Source: Candidatus Poribacteria bacterium
GTDB lineage: Bacteria; Poribacteria; WGA-4E; WGA-3G
Reading direction: 5' to 3'
NCBI GenBank assembly: GCA_965214095.1
Contig: OZ243938.1
Coordinates: 5,142,210-5,206,209 of the forward strand
DNA: 64,000 nt
The notes under the pieces are model-generated. The model searched no databases and had not been told where the DNA came from. It worked only from the letters and a program-made list of their open reading frames with translations. The position numbers were made by a program, and so were the translations under genes. How positions within the stretch are numbered: position 1 is the stretch's first letter; each line of letters opens with the position of its first letter. This document shows, piece by piece, positions 1 through 9,075 of the stretch.

Positions 1-88
1 TGTGAAGTACAATAATATATTTCAATATAACATTCTTTCAAAGAACTATTTCAATGACTAAATATTGTCATATACAGGAGTGACCAAT

Positions 89-1210
89 ATGCAATTGACT
101 TTTCAAAAAGACGAACTTTTACACACACTTCAGATGGTGCAGGGAATTGCTGGGGGACGAAATACCTTGCCAATATTGTCAAATGTACTCATACGCGCAC
201 AAAACGGGAACATAGAATGTGCTGCGACTGATTTAGAAGTTGGCATTAGAATAAAAGTTTTGGGGGACATCAAAGAAGAAGGTGCTATTACCGTCTCTGC
301 AAAGAAATTATCTGACATCGTACGTGAATTACCTGATGCGCCGATTGAACTGGTAACGACAGCAAATGACAGAGTCGAAATCACATGTGGTGAAGGTGTC
401 TACAAAATAATTGGACTCTCCGATGAAGAATTTCCTGAACTCCCATCTGCAAATGGGGTAGGTATTCCTATTGATGGTGAAACTTTATGCTCTGTTATTC
501 ACAAAACGCAGTTTGCTGCATCAACGGATGAAGTGCGATATACATTGAACGGTTTGTATTTCAGTCTTATGGATGACAAAACTGAAGTGGTAGCAACGGA
601 TGGCACAAGACAGCTCGCTTTAACTTATTGTCCTTCCTTAAAAAGTTCGGATGAAGTCGCAGGATTTATCGTTCCATTGAAGACAATTAGAGAGGTTGCG
701 AGAATTTTCGCGGAATCAGCTGAAGTTAAGATTTCTCACCAAAAAAACCAGCTCCTCTTTTCCGATGAAAACACGACACTAACGACACGTCTAGTTGAAG
801 GTGAATATCCACCATATCAGAAACTGTTTCGTGATGCTTCTGATGGACGGACAGTTATCTCAAAAGAGGCTATCTTACGCGCCGCAAAACGAGTCTCTTT
901 GCTCTCAGACCCAAAGAACTTCCTAATCTGCTTAGAAATCGATACAGAACAGATTCGGATTTCAGCGAAAACACCAGAACTCGGTGAGGCACATGAGACA
1001 GTCTCTGTGGAATCTGGGACTGGCAGTGTACGCATCGGTTTGGATGCACGTGTGCTTTTAGATGTATTGACGCATATTGAAACTGATTCACTCATTTTTG
1101 AGTTCACTGGAGAGTTTATACCATTGATCGTGAAACCTACAGGAGATATTGAGCATACTTGTTTTATCATGCCTATGCGTTTAGAACCTGCTTCACCATT
1201 GGAATCTTAA
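89..1210 (+). CDS. dnaN: DNA polymerase III beta sliding clamp, paralog 1
   Basis: Motifs RNTLPILSNVLI, ATDLEVGI, RLVEGEYP and C-terminal IMPMRL. ATG at 89 is preceded by AGGAG at 76-80. Confidence 0.92.
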   Translation: MQLTFQKDELLHTLQMVQGIAGGRNTLPILSNVLIRAQNGNIECAATDLEVGIRIKVLGDIKEEGAITVSAKKLSDIVRELPDAPIELVTTANDRVEITCGEGVYKIIGLSDEEFPELPSANGVGIPIDGETLCSVIHKTQFAASTDEVRYTLNGLYFSLMDDKTEVVATDGTRQLALTYCPSLKSSDEVAGFIVPLKTIREVARIFAESAEVKISHQKNQLLFSDENTTLTTRLVEGEYPPYQKLFRDASDGRTVISKEAILRAAKRVSLLSDPKNFLICLEIDTEQIRISAKTPELGEAHETVSVESGTGSVRIGLDARVLLDVLTHIETDSLIFEFTGEFIPLIVKPTGDIEHTCFIMPMRLEPASPLES

Positions 1211-1307
1211 TTCCTGCTTATATTTACCGATTGTACAGTATACTTCCTGTATGCAGTTCGCATAAAGCATTCATTATAGCAATTGATTAATAATAGGAGA
1301 TTTCTAT

Positions 1308-2417
1308 ATGGAACTTGCCTTTGAAAAAGATGAACTCCTTGATAACCTACAAACAATCCAAGGCGTAACAAGTGGACGCAACACTTTGCCGATACTTGCA
1401 AACATTCTCATTCGCGCACAAGATGAGGGAATAGAATGTGCCGCGACCGACTTGGAAGTTGGCATAAAAGTAAAAGTAGACGGGACGATAGCAGATACAG
1501 GTGAAATTACCGTCTCTGCAAAAAAACTCGTTGACCTCGTGCGGGAATTACCTGATAAACCAATTAAACTCGTTACGACTGCAAATGATAGAATTGAACT
1601 CACTTGTGGCGATGGCACATATAAGATAATCGGACTTTCAAGTGAGGAATTTCCACCAGTACCGTCTACTAATGGAGAAGGATTAACTATTGATGGTGAA
1701 ATGCTAAACTCCGTTATCCGAAAAACTATTTTTGCAGCATCTACTGAAGAGGTACAATTCCTTCTGAACGGTCTCTATTTCAACCTACTTGAAGATAGAA
1801 CAGAGGTGGTCGCAACCGATAGAAACTATCTGGCATTAGCACATTGTGCCCCACTGCAGACATCTGAAGACGTTGAAGGGTTTATAGTGCCTTTGAAAGC
1901 AGTTAAAGAGATTGAACGCACGTTTGCTGATTCAGAAAGTGTGAGGATCTCTCTCCAGAATAGCCAACTGCTGTTCTCTGATGAAAATGCGACGCTGATG
2001 ACACGATTAGTAGATGGGAGATATCCTGAATACCAAACGATTATCCCGGAGTCTACAGAAAGCCGTGCTGTTGTATCAAAGGACTCATTTCTGCGCGCAT
2101 CGCGCCGCGTGTCCCTTCTTTCCAATCCAAAGAACAATGCAATATGTTTAGAGATAGATAGTGAAAGAATTCATCTATCTGCAAATACTCCTGAACTTGG
2201 TGAAGCACACGAGACGATTGCAGTGGAATCCAGTACTGGAAGTGTGCGGATAGGACTGGATGCTCGGATGTTAACAGATGTGTTGTCGCATATTGAAACG
2301 ACATCTCTCGTTTTAGAGTTCTCAGATGATGCCTCACCCTTCTTAGTCAAACCTGAAGGAGATGACGGACATCTATGTATCATTTCACCGATGCGATTAG
2401 ATGCAATCCACCAATAG
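1308..2417 (+). CDS. dnaN: DNA polymerase III beta sliding clamp, paralog 2
   Basis: Colinear with paralog 1 (RNTLPILANILI, ATDLEVGI, RLVDGRYP, ISPMRL). AGGAG upstream. Confidence 0.92.
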   Translation: MELAFEKDELLDNLQTIQGVTSGRNTLPILANILIRAQDEGIECAATDLEVGIKVKVDGTIADTGEITVSAKKLVDLVRELPDKPIKLVTTANDRIELTCGDGTYKIIGLSSEEFPPVPSTNGEGLTIDGEMLNSVIRKTIFAASTEEVQFLLNGLYFNLLEDRTEVVATDRNYLALAHCAPLQTSEDVEGFIVPLKAVKEIERTFADSESVRISLQNSQLLFSDENATLMTRLVDGRYPEYQTIIPESTESRAVVSKDSFLRASRRVSLLSNPKNNAICLEIDSERIHLSANTPELGEAHETIAVESSTGSVRIGLDARMLTDVLSHIETTSLVLEFSDDASPFLVKPEGDDGHLCIISPMRLDAIHQ

Positions 2418-2440
2418 AATATGCTGATGTTTACATCATT

Positions 2441-2612
2441 CATAGACGTCAATTTAGCGTCCTTCCAAGTACCGGTAGGTTCGGTTTCCTAACCGAACCG
2501 GCTTTGTGCCAAATACCTTCATAGAGGTTCTCGCGTAGGATCCGGTTCGGTTAGGAAACCGAACCTACCGTCCTGGGGAAAACGCCTAATTTACACTAAA
2601 TTGACGCTTATG
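2441..2612. mobile_element. MITE family A (172 bp) with 17-bp TIRs, internal inverted REP pair and 20-bp flanking direct repeat
   Basis: TIRs CATAGACGTCAATTTAG / CTAAATTGACGCTTATG. Direct repeat ATGCTGATGTTTACATCATT at 2421-2440 and 2613-2632. Near-identical copy at 38238-38408. Confidence 0.85.
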
Positions 2613-2631
2613 ATGCTGATGTTTACATCAT

Positions 2632-2734
2632 TATAGTGAATTATAGATATAAGTTGACACTTTCGACCCACGGTAGGCGAGGTTTCCTAACCTCGCCGAT
2701 GCTGAGTGCTCAAGTAATTTCAAAATCTACTATA
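2632..2734. repeat. MITE-like family B (TATAGTGAATTATA...AAATCTACTATA) carrying one GTAG REP hairpin
   Basis: Near-identical copies at 52481-52583 and 55464-55566. Core GTAG-GCGAGGTT-TCCT-AACCTCGC. Confidence 0.8.
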
Positions 2735-2842
2735 ATATCAAATCTACTTTAGCTGCCTGATGTAATACAGTCAAATGTCCACATCCATCCCGCATATACA
2801 AAAAGAGTTTGAATCTGGTAAATTTGTTGTTAAGTTTGTCTT

Positions 2843-2990
2843 ATACAAATTCTATTTGTTCTTATCTCATTTTTTCGTAGGTCGGGTAGAGGCACGAAAC
2901 CCGACATGATGACTACAATCAAGACGTGTCGGGTTTCGTGCCTCTACCCGACCTACAGAAGAATGAGGTATTATTAATTAGAAATGGTAT
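2843..2990. repeat. MITE-like family H carrying an inverted REP pair (GTAGGTCGGGTAGAGGCACGAAACCCGAC)
   Basis: Long inverted repeat at 2877-2956. End TAGAAATGGTAT is shared with the copy at 41833-41980. Confidence 0.7.
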
Positions 2991-5713
2991 TATTTATTGT
3001 CTATCTCCCAAAGAAACACAGAACCATTATTACAACCGCTAACAAGGGTTTTTCCATCAGGACTAAACGCGATACTATCAACCCGCCCTATATGACCCAT
3101 CAGTGTTTTCTTGTGTTCGCTGGTGTGTGTATCCCATAATTGAATCGTGCCATCTCCACACCCACTTGCGAAGGTTTTTCCATCCGGACTGAACGCTAAA
3201 CACATCAAAAATGTATCTCCGCTAATTGTAATTTTGATTTTCCATGTGTCTATATCCCATAGATGGATAATCCCATCATTGCCTCCACTTGCGAGGATTT
3301 TTCCATCCGGACTGAACGCTAAACCTTCCACCCAATCATTATGTTCGGTAAGTACGATTTTATTTTCACCAGTTGCAACATCCCAGAGACAAATAGTTTC
3401 ATCATTACTTCCGCTTGCAAGGATTTTACCATCCGGACTGAACGCGATACTATTGATCAACTTCTTATGTCCAATAAGTGTCCTTTTATGTTCGCCAGTG
3501 TGTGCATCCCAGAGGTGGATAGTATCGCCATCTTCACTTGCAAGTATATTTCCATCCGAACTGAGTGCTATATGCTTAACAAAACTGGTATGTCCAGTAA
3601 GTATCAATTTGTGTTCGCCAGTGTGTGCATCCCAGATGTGGATGTCATCGTCAGTCCCACAAAAAAGAGTTTTTCCATCAGGGCTGAACACTATACTGTA
3701 AGCCGATTCTATCTGTCCATTTTTAGGCTCGTTAAGTGTTCTTATGGGTTGCCTTGTATCCGCATCCCATAGACGAATAATTCCACTGGCATCCCCACTT
3801 GCGATATAGTACCCATTCGGATTGAACGCAACACTGTGTACCTCCTGCGAATGTCCAGTAAATATTTTTTTCGCGTTGCCGGTGTGTACATCCCAAAACC
3901 GTATGGTGCCATCGCCACCTCCACTTGCAAGTGTTTGTCCACCCGGACTGAACGCTAACCCACCGCGCCCTACATTTCGCGGGTGCTCGGTGATTATTTC
4001 CCTGTGTGTGCCAGAGTGTACATCCCACAGACAGATTGTTTCATCGCCATAGGACGTAGTAGCAATTGTTTTTCCATCAGGACTAAACGCTAAGTGGATA
4101 ACGTGATCCTTATGCTTAGAGAGAATCATCTTGAGTTCGCCTGTGTTTAAGTCGTAGAGATAGACAGTGCCACTTACACTACCAACAGCGACTATTATTC
4201 CATCTGGACTTAACGCAGCACTAATAGCAGAGCAATCAGGGTGCATAGCAAAAGTTTTCTTGTGTTTACCCGTGATCGAATTCCAAAGACTGATTTTGTC
4301 TCCCCTACTCATACTGACAAGAGTCTGTCCGTCTGGCGTGAATGATAAATCAGAACCATTATACGGATCATTCGAGAGTGTATACTTTTCCTCTCCAGTG
4401 ATGGCATCCCATAATCGGATAGTGCCTTGCCGATTATTACTCGCAAGTATTTTGCCATTCGGGCTGAATGTTAAGCATGTGATATACTCTGTATTACGTC
4501 CAATGAGCGTTTCTTGCGTCCCTGTGATTCTATCATACAGGGTAATATTACCATCGGCATTTCCACTTGCTAAGATGCGTCCATCTGGGCTAAAAGCAAG
4601 GTGGAAGGCATGACTCGTATCAGCTGTGATTAGACTTGCCTCTTGATGTACTGTCACATCGTAAAGCCAAATACCGATGCCACTCGCAACAGCCAGCAAC
4701 TTACCGTCAGGAGAATATTTTATATCGGCTATATACCCTTTACTGAGGCGCACTTTAGCATCTTCAGGCAGGTTCCATTGCATAGCATCTTGTGTTAGGT
4801 TGTTTTCCACGGTTTTTGTTCCTTTTGTTAAACCGTTGTTACTGTTTTTGCTGAGGTTAGTACCACCAACCCGGTTTTTCAATTTGGGTTTTGATTGAAG
4901 ATTCAAAATAATAGGCGCGTCAACTATTTCAATTGTGGGTTCTGATTTTGCGTCAACGCTATACGGGCTCTGAAAATTAGCGGTGAATTGCTTACTTGCT
5001 CCCATCAACAAAATAACCAAAATAGCAGATGCGCCTAAAGCTGCAAACGGTAGCAACGGTTTACTTCCTAATGGAGATGTTTGTTTGATTGTGTCAATAC
5101 GTCGTATGATGTTTTCAGTTAGATCTGGACTTAATGGGATGCTGCCGAGGGTTTCCCGAATTATGGACTCTTCGTTCTGTAAACGTTCTCGTGCCCGTTT
5201 AAGTCGACTTTTAACAGTGTTTGAAGATACACCTAAAAACTTGCTAATCTCTTCACAACTCATTTCACCGAGGTAGTGCAGGACCATCACCGTGCGTTCA
5301 CTTTCTGGAAGTTTTTCCATGAGCTTCTGCACGATTTTACGTCTGTGTTCAACGGCTGCGTCCTCACGCTGTTCACAGACATAGTCCGCATAAGCAGTTT
5401 TTTCAAGTGTCTTTTCACTGGTGGAATCCAAGGATTTCATGTCCATCCGCTTCTTTCTGAACCATGCTTTGCATTGTCGATTGGCGATGACGTAAAGCCA
5501 ACCAGCAAACTGACCCGGATTTTTCAACGAGGCGAGTCTTTGGTATGCCAGTAGGAAAGTATCCTGTGTAATTTCTTCAGCGATATGGAAATCACCGATT
5601 TTCCGCCAGGCAAGCGCGTGAACGCTTTTTTGATATTTCTCAACTAACGCACTGAAAGCAGTTTCGTCACCTGACAATACTTCTTGAATCAGTTCAAAAT
5701 CATCTCTTTCCAT
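2990..5713 (-). CDS. ECF sigma-70 factor fused via a TM helix to a WD40-repeat domain
   Basis: N-terminal sigma region 2 (AEEITQDTFL, FAGWLYVIA) and region 4 (LPESERTV...EISKFLGVSSNTVKSRLKRAR). Hydrophobic segment LLPFAALGASAILVILLMGA, then roughly 14 GH...AFSPDG...WD repeats. Confidence 0.9.
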   Translation of the reverse strand: MERDDFELIQEVLSGDETAFSALVEKYQKSVHALAWRKIGDFHIAEEITQDTFLLAYQRLASLKNPGQFAGWLYVIANRQCKAWFRKKRMDMKSLDSTSEKTLEKTAYADYVCEQREDAAVEHRRKIVQKLMEKLPESERTVMVLHYLGEMSCEEISKFLGVSSNTVKSRLKRARERLQNEESIIRETLGSIPLSPDLTENIIRRIDTIKQTSPLGSKPLLPFAALGASAILVILLMGASKQFTANFQSPYSVDAKSEPTIEIVDAPIILNLQSKPKLKNRVGGTNLSKNSNNGLTKGTKTVENNLTQDAMQWNLPEDAKVRLSKGYIADIKYSPDGKLLAVASGIGIWLYDVTVHQEASLITADTSHAFHLAFSPDGRILASGNADGNITLYDRITGTQETLIGRNTEYITCLTFSPNGKILASNNRQGTIRLWDAITGEEKYTLSNDPYNGSDLSFTPDGQTLVSMSRGDKISLWNSITGKHKKTFAMHPDCSAISAALSPDGIIVAVGSVSGTVYLYDLNTGELKMILSKHKDHVIHLAFSPDGKTIATTSYGDETICLWDVHSGTHREIITEHPRNVGRGGLAFSPGGQTLASGGGDGTIRFWDVHTGNAKKIFTGHSQEVHSVAFNPNGYYIASGDASGIIRLWDADTRQPIRTLNEPKNGQIESAYSIVFSPDGKTLFCGTDDDIHIWDAHTGEHKLILTGHTSFVKHIALSSDGNILASEDGDTIHLWDAHTGEHKRTLIGHKKLINSIAFSPDGKILASGSNDETICLWDVATGENKIVLTEHNDWVEGLAFSPDGKILASGGNDGIIHLWDIDTWKIKITISGDTFLMCLAFSPDGKTFASGCGDGTIQLWDTHTSEHKKTLMGHIGRVDSIAFSPDGKTLVSGCNNGSVFLWEIDNK

Positions 5714-5752
5714 CAGAGACCTCCATAATCAATTTTGGCTTACAATTATCGG

Positions 5753-5781
5753 TGACGCGTTTTTTCGGTGGATAGGTTGCA
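5753..5781 (-). promoter_or_regulatory. Candidate ECF promoter TGCAACC-N15-CGCGTCAC
   Basis: Same motif with the same spacing lies upstream of both ECF-WD40 genes. It resembles AAC...CGTC ECF promoters. Confidence 0.5.
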
Positions 5782-5881
5782 GAATTGTCATAATTGAAAC
5801 AAAACCTGTCTTTTTTGTGTGTAGACGAAACACGGACAATGAATTGTGCAGCTACCAACGTAGGTATGATGAATTGGGACA

Positions 5882-8623
5882 TTACGGATTTATTTCCCAG
5901 AGCAGCACAGTGCCATCATCACTACCACTAACGAGGGTTTTGCCATCAGGACTGAACGCGATGCTTCTAACCCAAGCTGTATGTCCAGTCAGCGTTTTCT
6001 TGTGTTCGCCAGTGTGTGCATCCCATAAGTTGATGATACCGTCTACACCTCCACTCACAAGAGATTTTCCATCAGGACTGAATGCCAAACTGAACACCCA
6101 ATGTGAATGTCCAGTGAGTGTCATCTTACTTTTGCCTGTCCCTATATCCCATAGGTGAATGATCTTGTCACCACCTCCACTAGCAAGGGTTTTGCCATCA
6201 GGACTGAATGCAACGGTCTTAACACCTTCAAAACTGTATCGACTATTCTTATCTTCTAATTTCTCGGTATGTCCAGTGAGTATCATCTTGGTATCGCCAG
6301 TGTCAACATCCCATAGTCGTATCGTAGCGTCCTCACTACCACTGGCGAGGGTTTTGCTATCCGGACTAAAGGCAACGCTATAGACTCTGTGCTTATGTCC
6401 GTTGAGCGTTATTTTATGTTCACCAGTATGCATATTCCAAAGTCGTATAGTCATATCCTCGCTACCACTCGCGAGTGTCCTTCCATCGGGGCTGAGTGCT
6501 ATGCTATGGATACCCCACGTATGTCCGGTGAGTAGCATTTTGTGTTCTCCGGTGTGTGGATCCCAAAGACGGATGCCATCGTCAGTCCCACAAGCGAGAG
6601 TATTTCCATCAGGACTGAAGACCATACTTGATGCTGCGTCATTAAACTCTTTGAATGTTCTCATTTGGTGTCCAGTCTTCGCATCCCACAAACGAATAGT
6701 GCCATCGGCATACCCACTTGCAACAATTTGCCTATTGGGGTTGAACGCTACGCTATAAACATAGTCCGAATTTCCAGTGATTGCAGACTTTTGGTTGCCG
6801 GTGTTCATATCCCAGAAACGGATGGTGCCATCTCCACTTCCACTACTTGCGAGTGTTTTCCCATCAGGACTGAATGCTAAACCCCAAATATCTCCCGTGT
6901 GTTCAGTGAGAATAATCCTCTGTTCACCAGTGTGCACATCCCAGATACGTACTGTTTCGTCTATATATGATGAACTTGCGAGTGTTTTCCCATCCGGACT
7001 AAAGGCTATGCTTTGAACGTCCACAGAATGTCCTATGAGTTTTCGCTTGAGTTCACCTGTGTTTAAATCTGAAAGGTAGATAATACCATCTCTACTGCCA
7101 ATAGCAACTGTTTTGCCATCCGGACTGAACGCTGCGCAAAATACACTATCAGTATTTTCCACTTTGAATGTTTTCTTATGTTTACCAGTGATTGCATCCG
7201 ATATACAGACTTCGCTACCCCCAGTCACACTAACAATTGTCTTGCCATCCGGGCTGAATGAAATATAACCGATATTTTCCGGGAGTCCAGTGAAACTATC
7301 CTTATGTTCTCCGGTGATAGTATCCCAAAGTTGGACAGTATCACCGTCTCCACTTGCTACTATTTTTCCATCAGGACTGAATACAATGGTTGTGTGCGAG
7401 TTCGTATGACCTATAAGTGTTTTTTGTGCACCTGTGCTTCTATCCCACAGAATAATCGTCCCATTCCAGTCTCCACTCACAAAAGTGTGTCCATCCGGAC
7501 TAAATGTGAGGCGATTGACTAAACCCGTATGGTCTGTGAGCAGGGCGACCTCTTGATGTGTTGTTGCGTCGTAGAACCAAATTCCGACACCACTTGCAAC
7601 AGCAAGAATTGTCCCATCAGGAGAATACTGTATTTCACTTATCATACCTTTACCAAGGCGGGCTTTAGCATCTTCAGGTAGGTTCCATTGCATAGGGTCT
7701 TGTGCTAAGTTGTTTTTCACTGTTTTTGTTCCTTCTGTTAGACCGTTGTTACTGTTTTTGCTGAGGTTAGTACCACCAACCCGGTTTTTCAATTCAGGTT
7801 TTGATTGAAGATTCAAAATAATAGGCGCATCAACAATTTCAATAGCAATTTCTGATTTTGAATCTACACTATACGGCTTCTGAAAATTTGTGATGAGTTG
7901 TTTGCTCGCGCCCATCAACAAAATCACCAAAATAAAGGATGTACCTAAAGCTGCAAACGGTAGCAACGGTTTACCTCCTGATGGAGATGTTTGTTTTATG
8001 CTGTCAATACCTTGCATGATGTTTTCGGTTAGATTTGGAGGTAATGAAACACTGCCGAGTGTTTCCCGAATTATGGACTCTTCGTTCTGTAAACGTTCTC
8101 GTCCCCGTTTAAGTCGACTTTTAACAGTGTTCGAAGATACACCTAAAAACTTGCTAATCTCTTCACAACTCATTTCACCGAGATAGTGAAGGACCATCAC
8201 CGTGCGTTCGCTTTCTGGAAGTTTTTCCATGAGCTTCTGCACGATTTTACGTCTGTGTTCAACGGCTGCGTCCTCACGCTGGTCACAGACATAGTCCGCA
8301 TAAGCAGTTTTTTCAAGTGTCTTTTCACTGGTGGAATCCAAGGAGTCCATGTCCATCCGCTTCTTTCTGAACCATGCTTTGCATTGTCGATTGGTGATGA
8401 CGTAAAGCCAACCAGCAAACTGACCCGGATTTTTCAACGAGGCGAGTCTTTGGTATGCCAGTAGGAAAGTATCCTGTGTAATTTCTTCAGCGATATGGAA
8501 ATCACCGATTTTCCGCCAGGCAAGCGCGTGAACGCTTTTTTGATATTTTTCAACTAACGCACTGAAAGCAGTTTCGTCACCTGACAATACTTCTTGAATC
8601 AGTTCAAAATCATCTCTTTCCAT
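5882..8623 (-). CDS. ECF sigma-70 factor fused via a TM helix to a WD40-repeat domain (tandem paralog)
   Basis: Sigma domain nearly identical to that of 2990..5713. TM segment followed by WD40 repeats. Confidence 0.9.
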   Translation of the reverse strand: MERDDFELIQEVLSGDETAFSALVEKYQKSVHALAWRKIGDFHIAEEITQDTFLLAYQRLASLKNPGQFAGWLYVITNRQCKAWFRKKRMDMDSLDSTSEKTLEKTAYADYVCDQREDAAVEHRRKIVQKLMEKLPESERTVMVLHYLGEMSCEEISKFLGVSSNTVKSRLKRGRERLQNEESIIRETLGSVSLPPNLTENIMQGIDSIKQTSPSGGKPLLPFAALGTSFILVILLMGASKQLITNFQKPYSVDSKSEIAIEIVDAPIILNLQSKPELKNRVGGTNLSKNSNNGLTEGTKTVKNNLAQDPMQWNLPEDAKARLGKGMISEIQYSPDGTILAVASGVGIWFYDATTHQEVALLTDHTGLVNRLTFSPDGHTFVSGDWNGTIILWDRSTGAQKTLIGHTNSHTTIVFSPDGKIVASGDGDTVQLWDTITGEHKDSFTGLPENIGYISFSPDGKTIVSVTGGSEVCISDAITGKHKKTFKVENTDSVFCAAFSPDGKTVAIGSRDGIIYLSDLNTGELKRKLIGHSVDVQSIAFSPDGKTLASSSYIDETVRIWDVHTGEQRIILTEHTGDIWGLAFSPDGKTLASSGSGDGTIRFWDMNTGNQKSAITGNSDYVYSVAFNPNRQIVASGYADGTIRLWDAKTGHQMRTFKEFNDAASSMVFSPDGNTLACGTDDGIRLWDPHTGEHKMLLTGHTWGIHSIALSPDGRTLASGSEDMTIRLWNMHTGEHKITLNGHKHRVYSVAFSPDSKTLASGSEDATIRLWDVDTGDTKMILTGHTEKLEDKNSRYSFEGVKTVAFSPDGKTLASGGGDKIIHLWDIGTGKSKMTLTGHSHWVFSLAFSPDGKSLVSGGVDGIINLWDAHTGEHKKTLTGHTAWVRSIAFSPDGKTLVSGSDDGTVLLWEINP

Positions 8624-8683
8624 CAGAAACCTCCATAATCAATAATTGCATAGGAATTGCATAGGAATTGCATACAATCTATA

Positions 8684-8713
8684 GTGACGCGATTTTGTAA
8701 GGGATGGGTTGCA
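8684..8713 (-). promoter_or_regulatory. Candidate ECF promoter TGCAACC-N15-CGCGTCAC
   Basis: Minus strand reads TGCAACCCATCCCTTACAAAATCGCGTCAC, matching the motif upstream of the paralog. Confidence 0.5.
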
Positions 8714-8747
8714 AGAATGTCAAAGTTGAAAGAAAAAATCTAAATTT

Positions 8748-8885
8748 TATAGTAAAAATCATAATTATTTACACACTACGGTAGGTTCGGTTTCCTAACC
8801 GAACCGGTGTTTGTTCAGTGTTATAGATGCGGTTAGGAAACCGCATCTACCGTGGAGTGTGCACGTATTTTTACATTTCACTATA
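8748..8885. repeat. MITE-like family D (TATAGTAAAA...TTTCACTATA) with an inverted REP pair
   Basis: TA-ended inverted termini. Related, interrupted copy at 33582-33885. Confidence 0.7.
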
Positions 8886-9075
8886 AAGAAAATACCCAAT
8901 TAACGAGATAAATCCCGATAATTGGGTAATATCAAGAAGGAATAGCAGGTTTGCAGCAACTTTTATAAACAGACAATTTCGTCCAATAAAAGTTAAGGTA
9001 TATCTTTCTATGACGTTTCGACAGAACTAAAGATACCTGTGAAACATTTGCTATAAGAATCGCATCTCTGTGAGG

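Noticed and set aside
2441-2734. Palindromic repeats as a CRISPR array
   Set aside because: Repeats are inverted pairs or dispersed singles with no regular repeat-spacer period, and no cas genes are present.
3147-8464. Many plus-strand ORFs with repeated PSGLNA motifs
   Set aside because: Antisense shadows of the WD40 (AFSPDG) and sigma coding sequences.
2990-8623. Diversity-generating retroelement acting on the WD40 or TPR repeats
   Set aside because: No reverse transcriptase in the window, and I see no adenine-specific template/variable repeat pair.
8644-8674. 11-bp tandem repeat AATTGCATAGG (about 3 copies) in the ECF leader
   Set aside because: Real but short and absent from the paralog's leader. 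No evidence of function.
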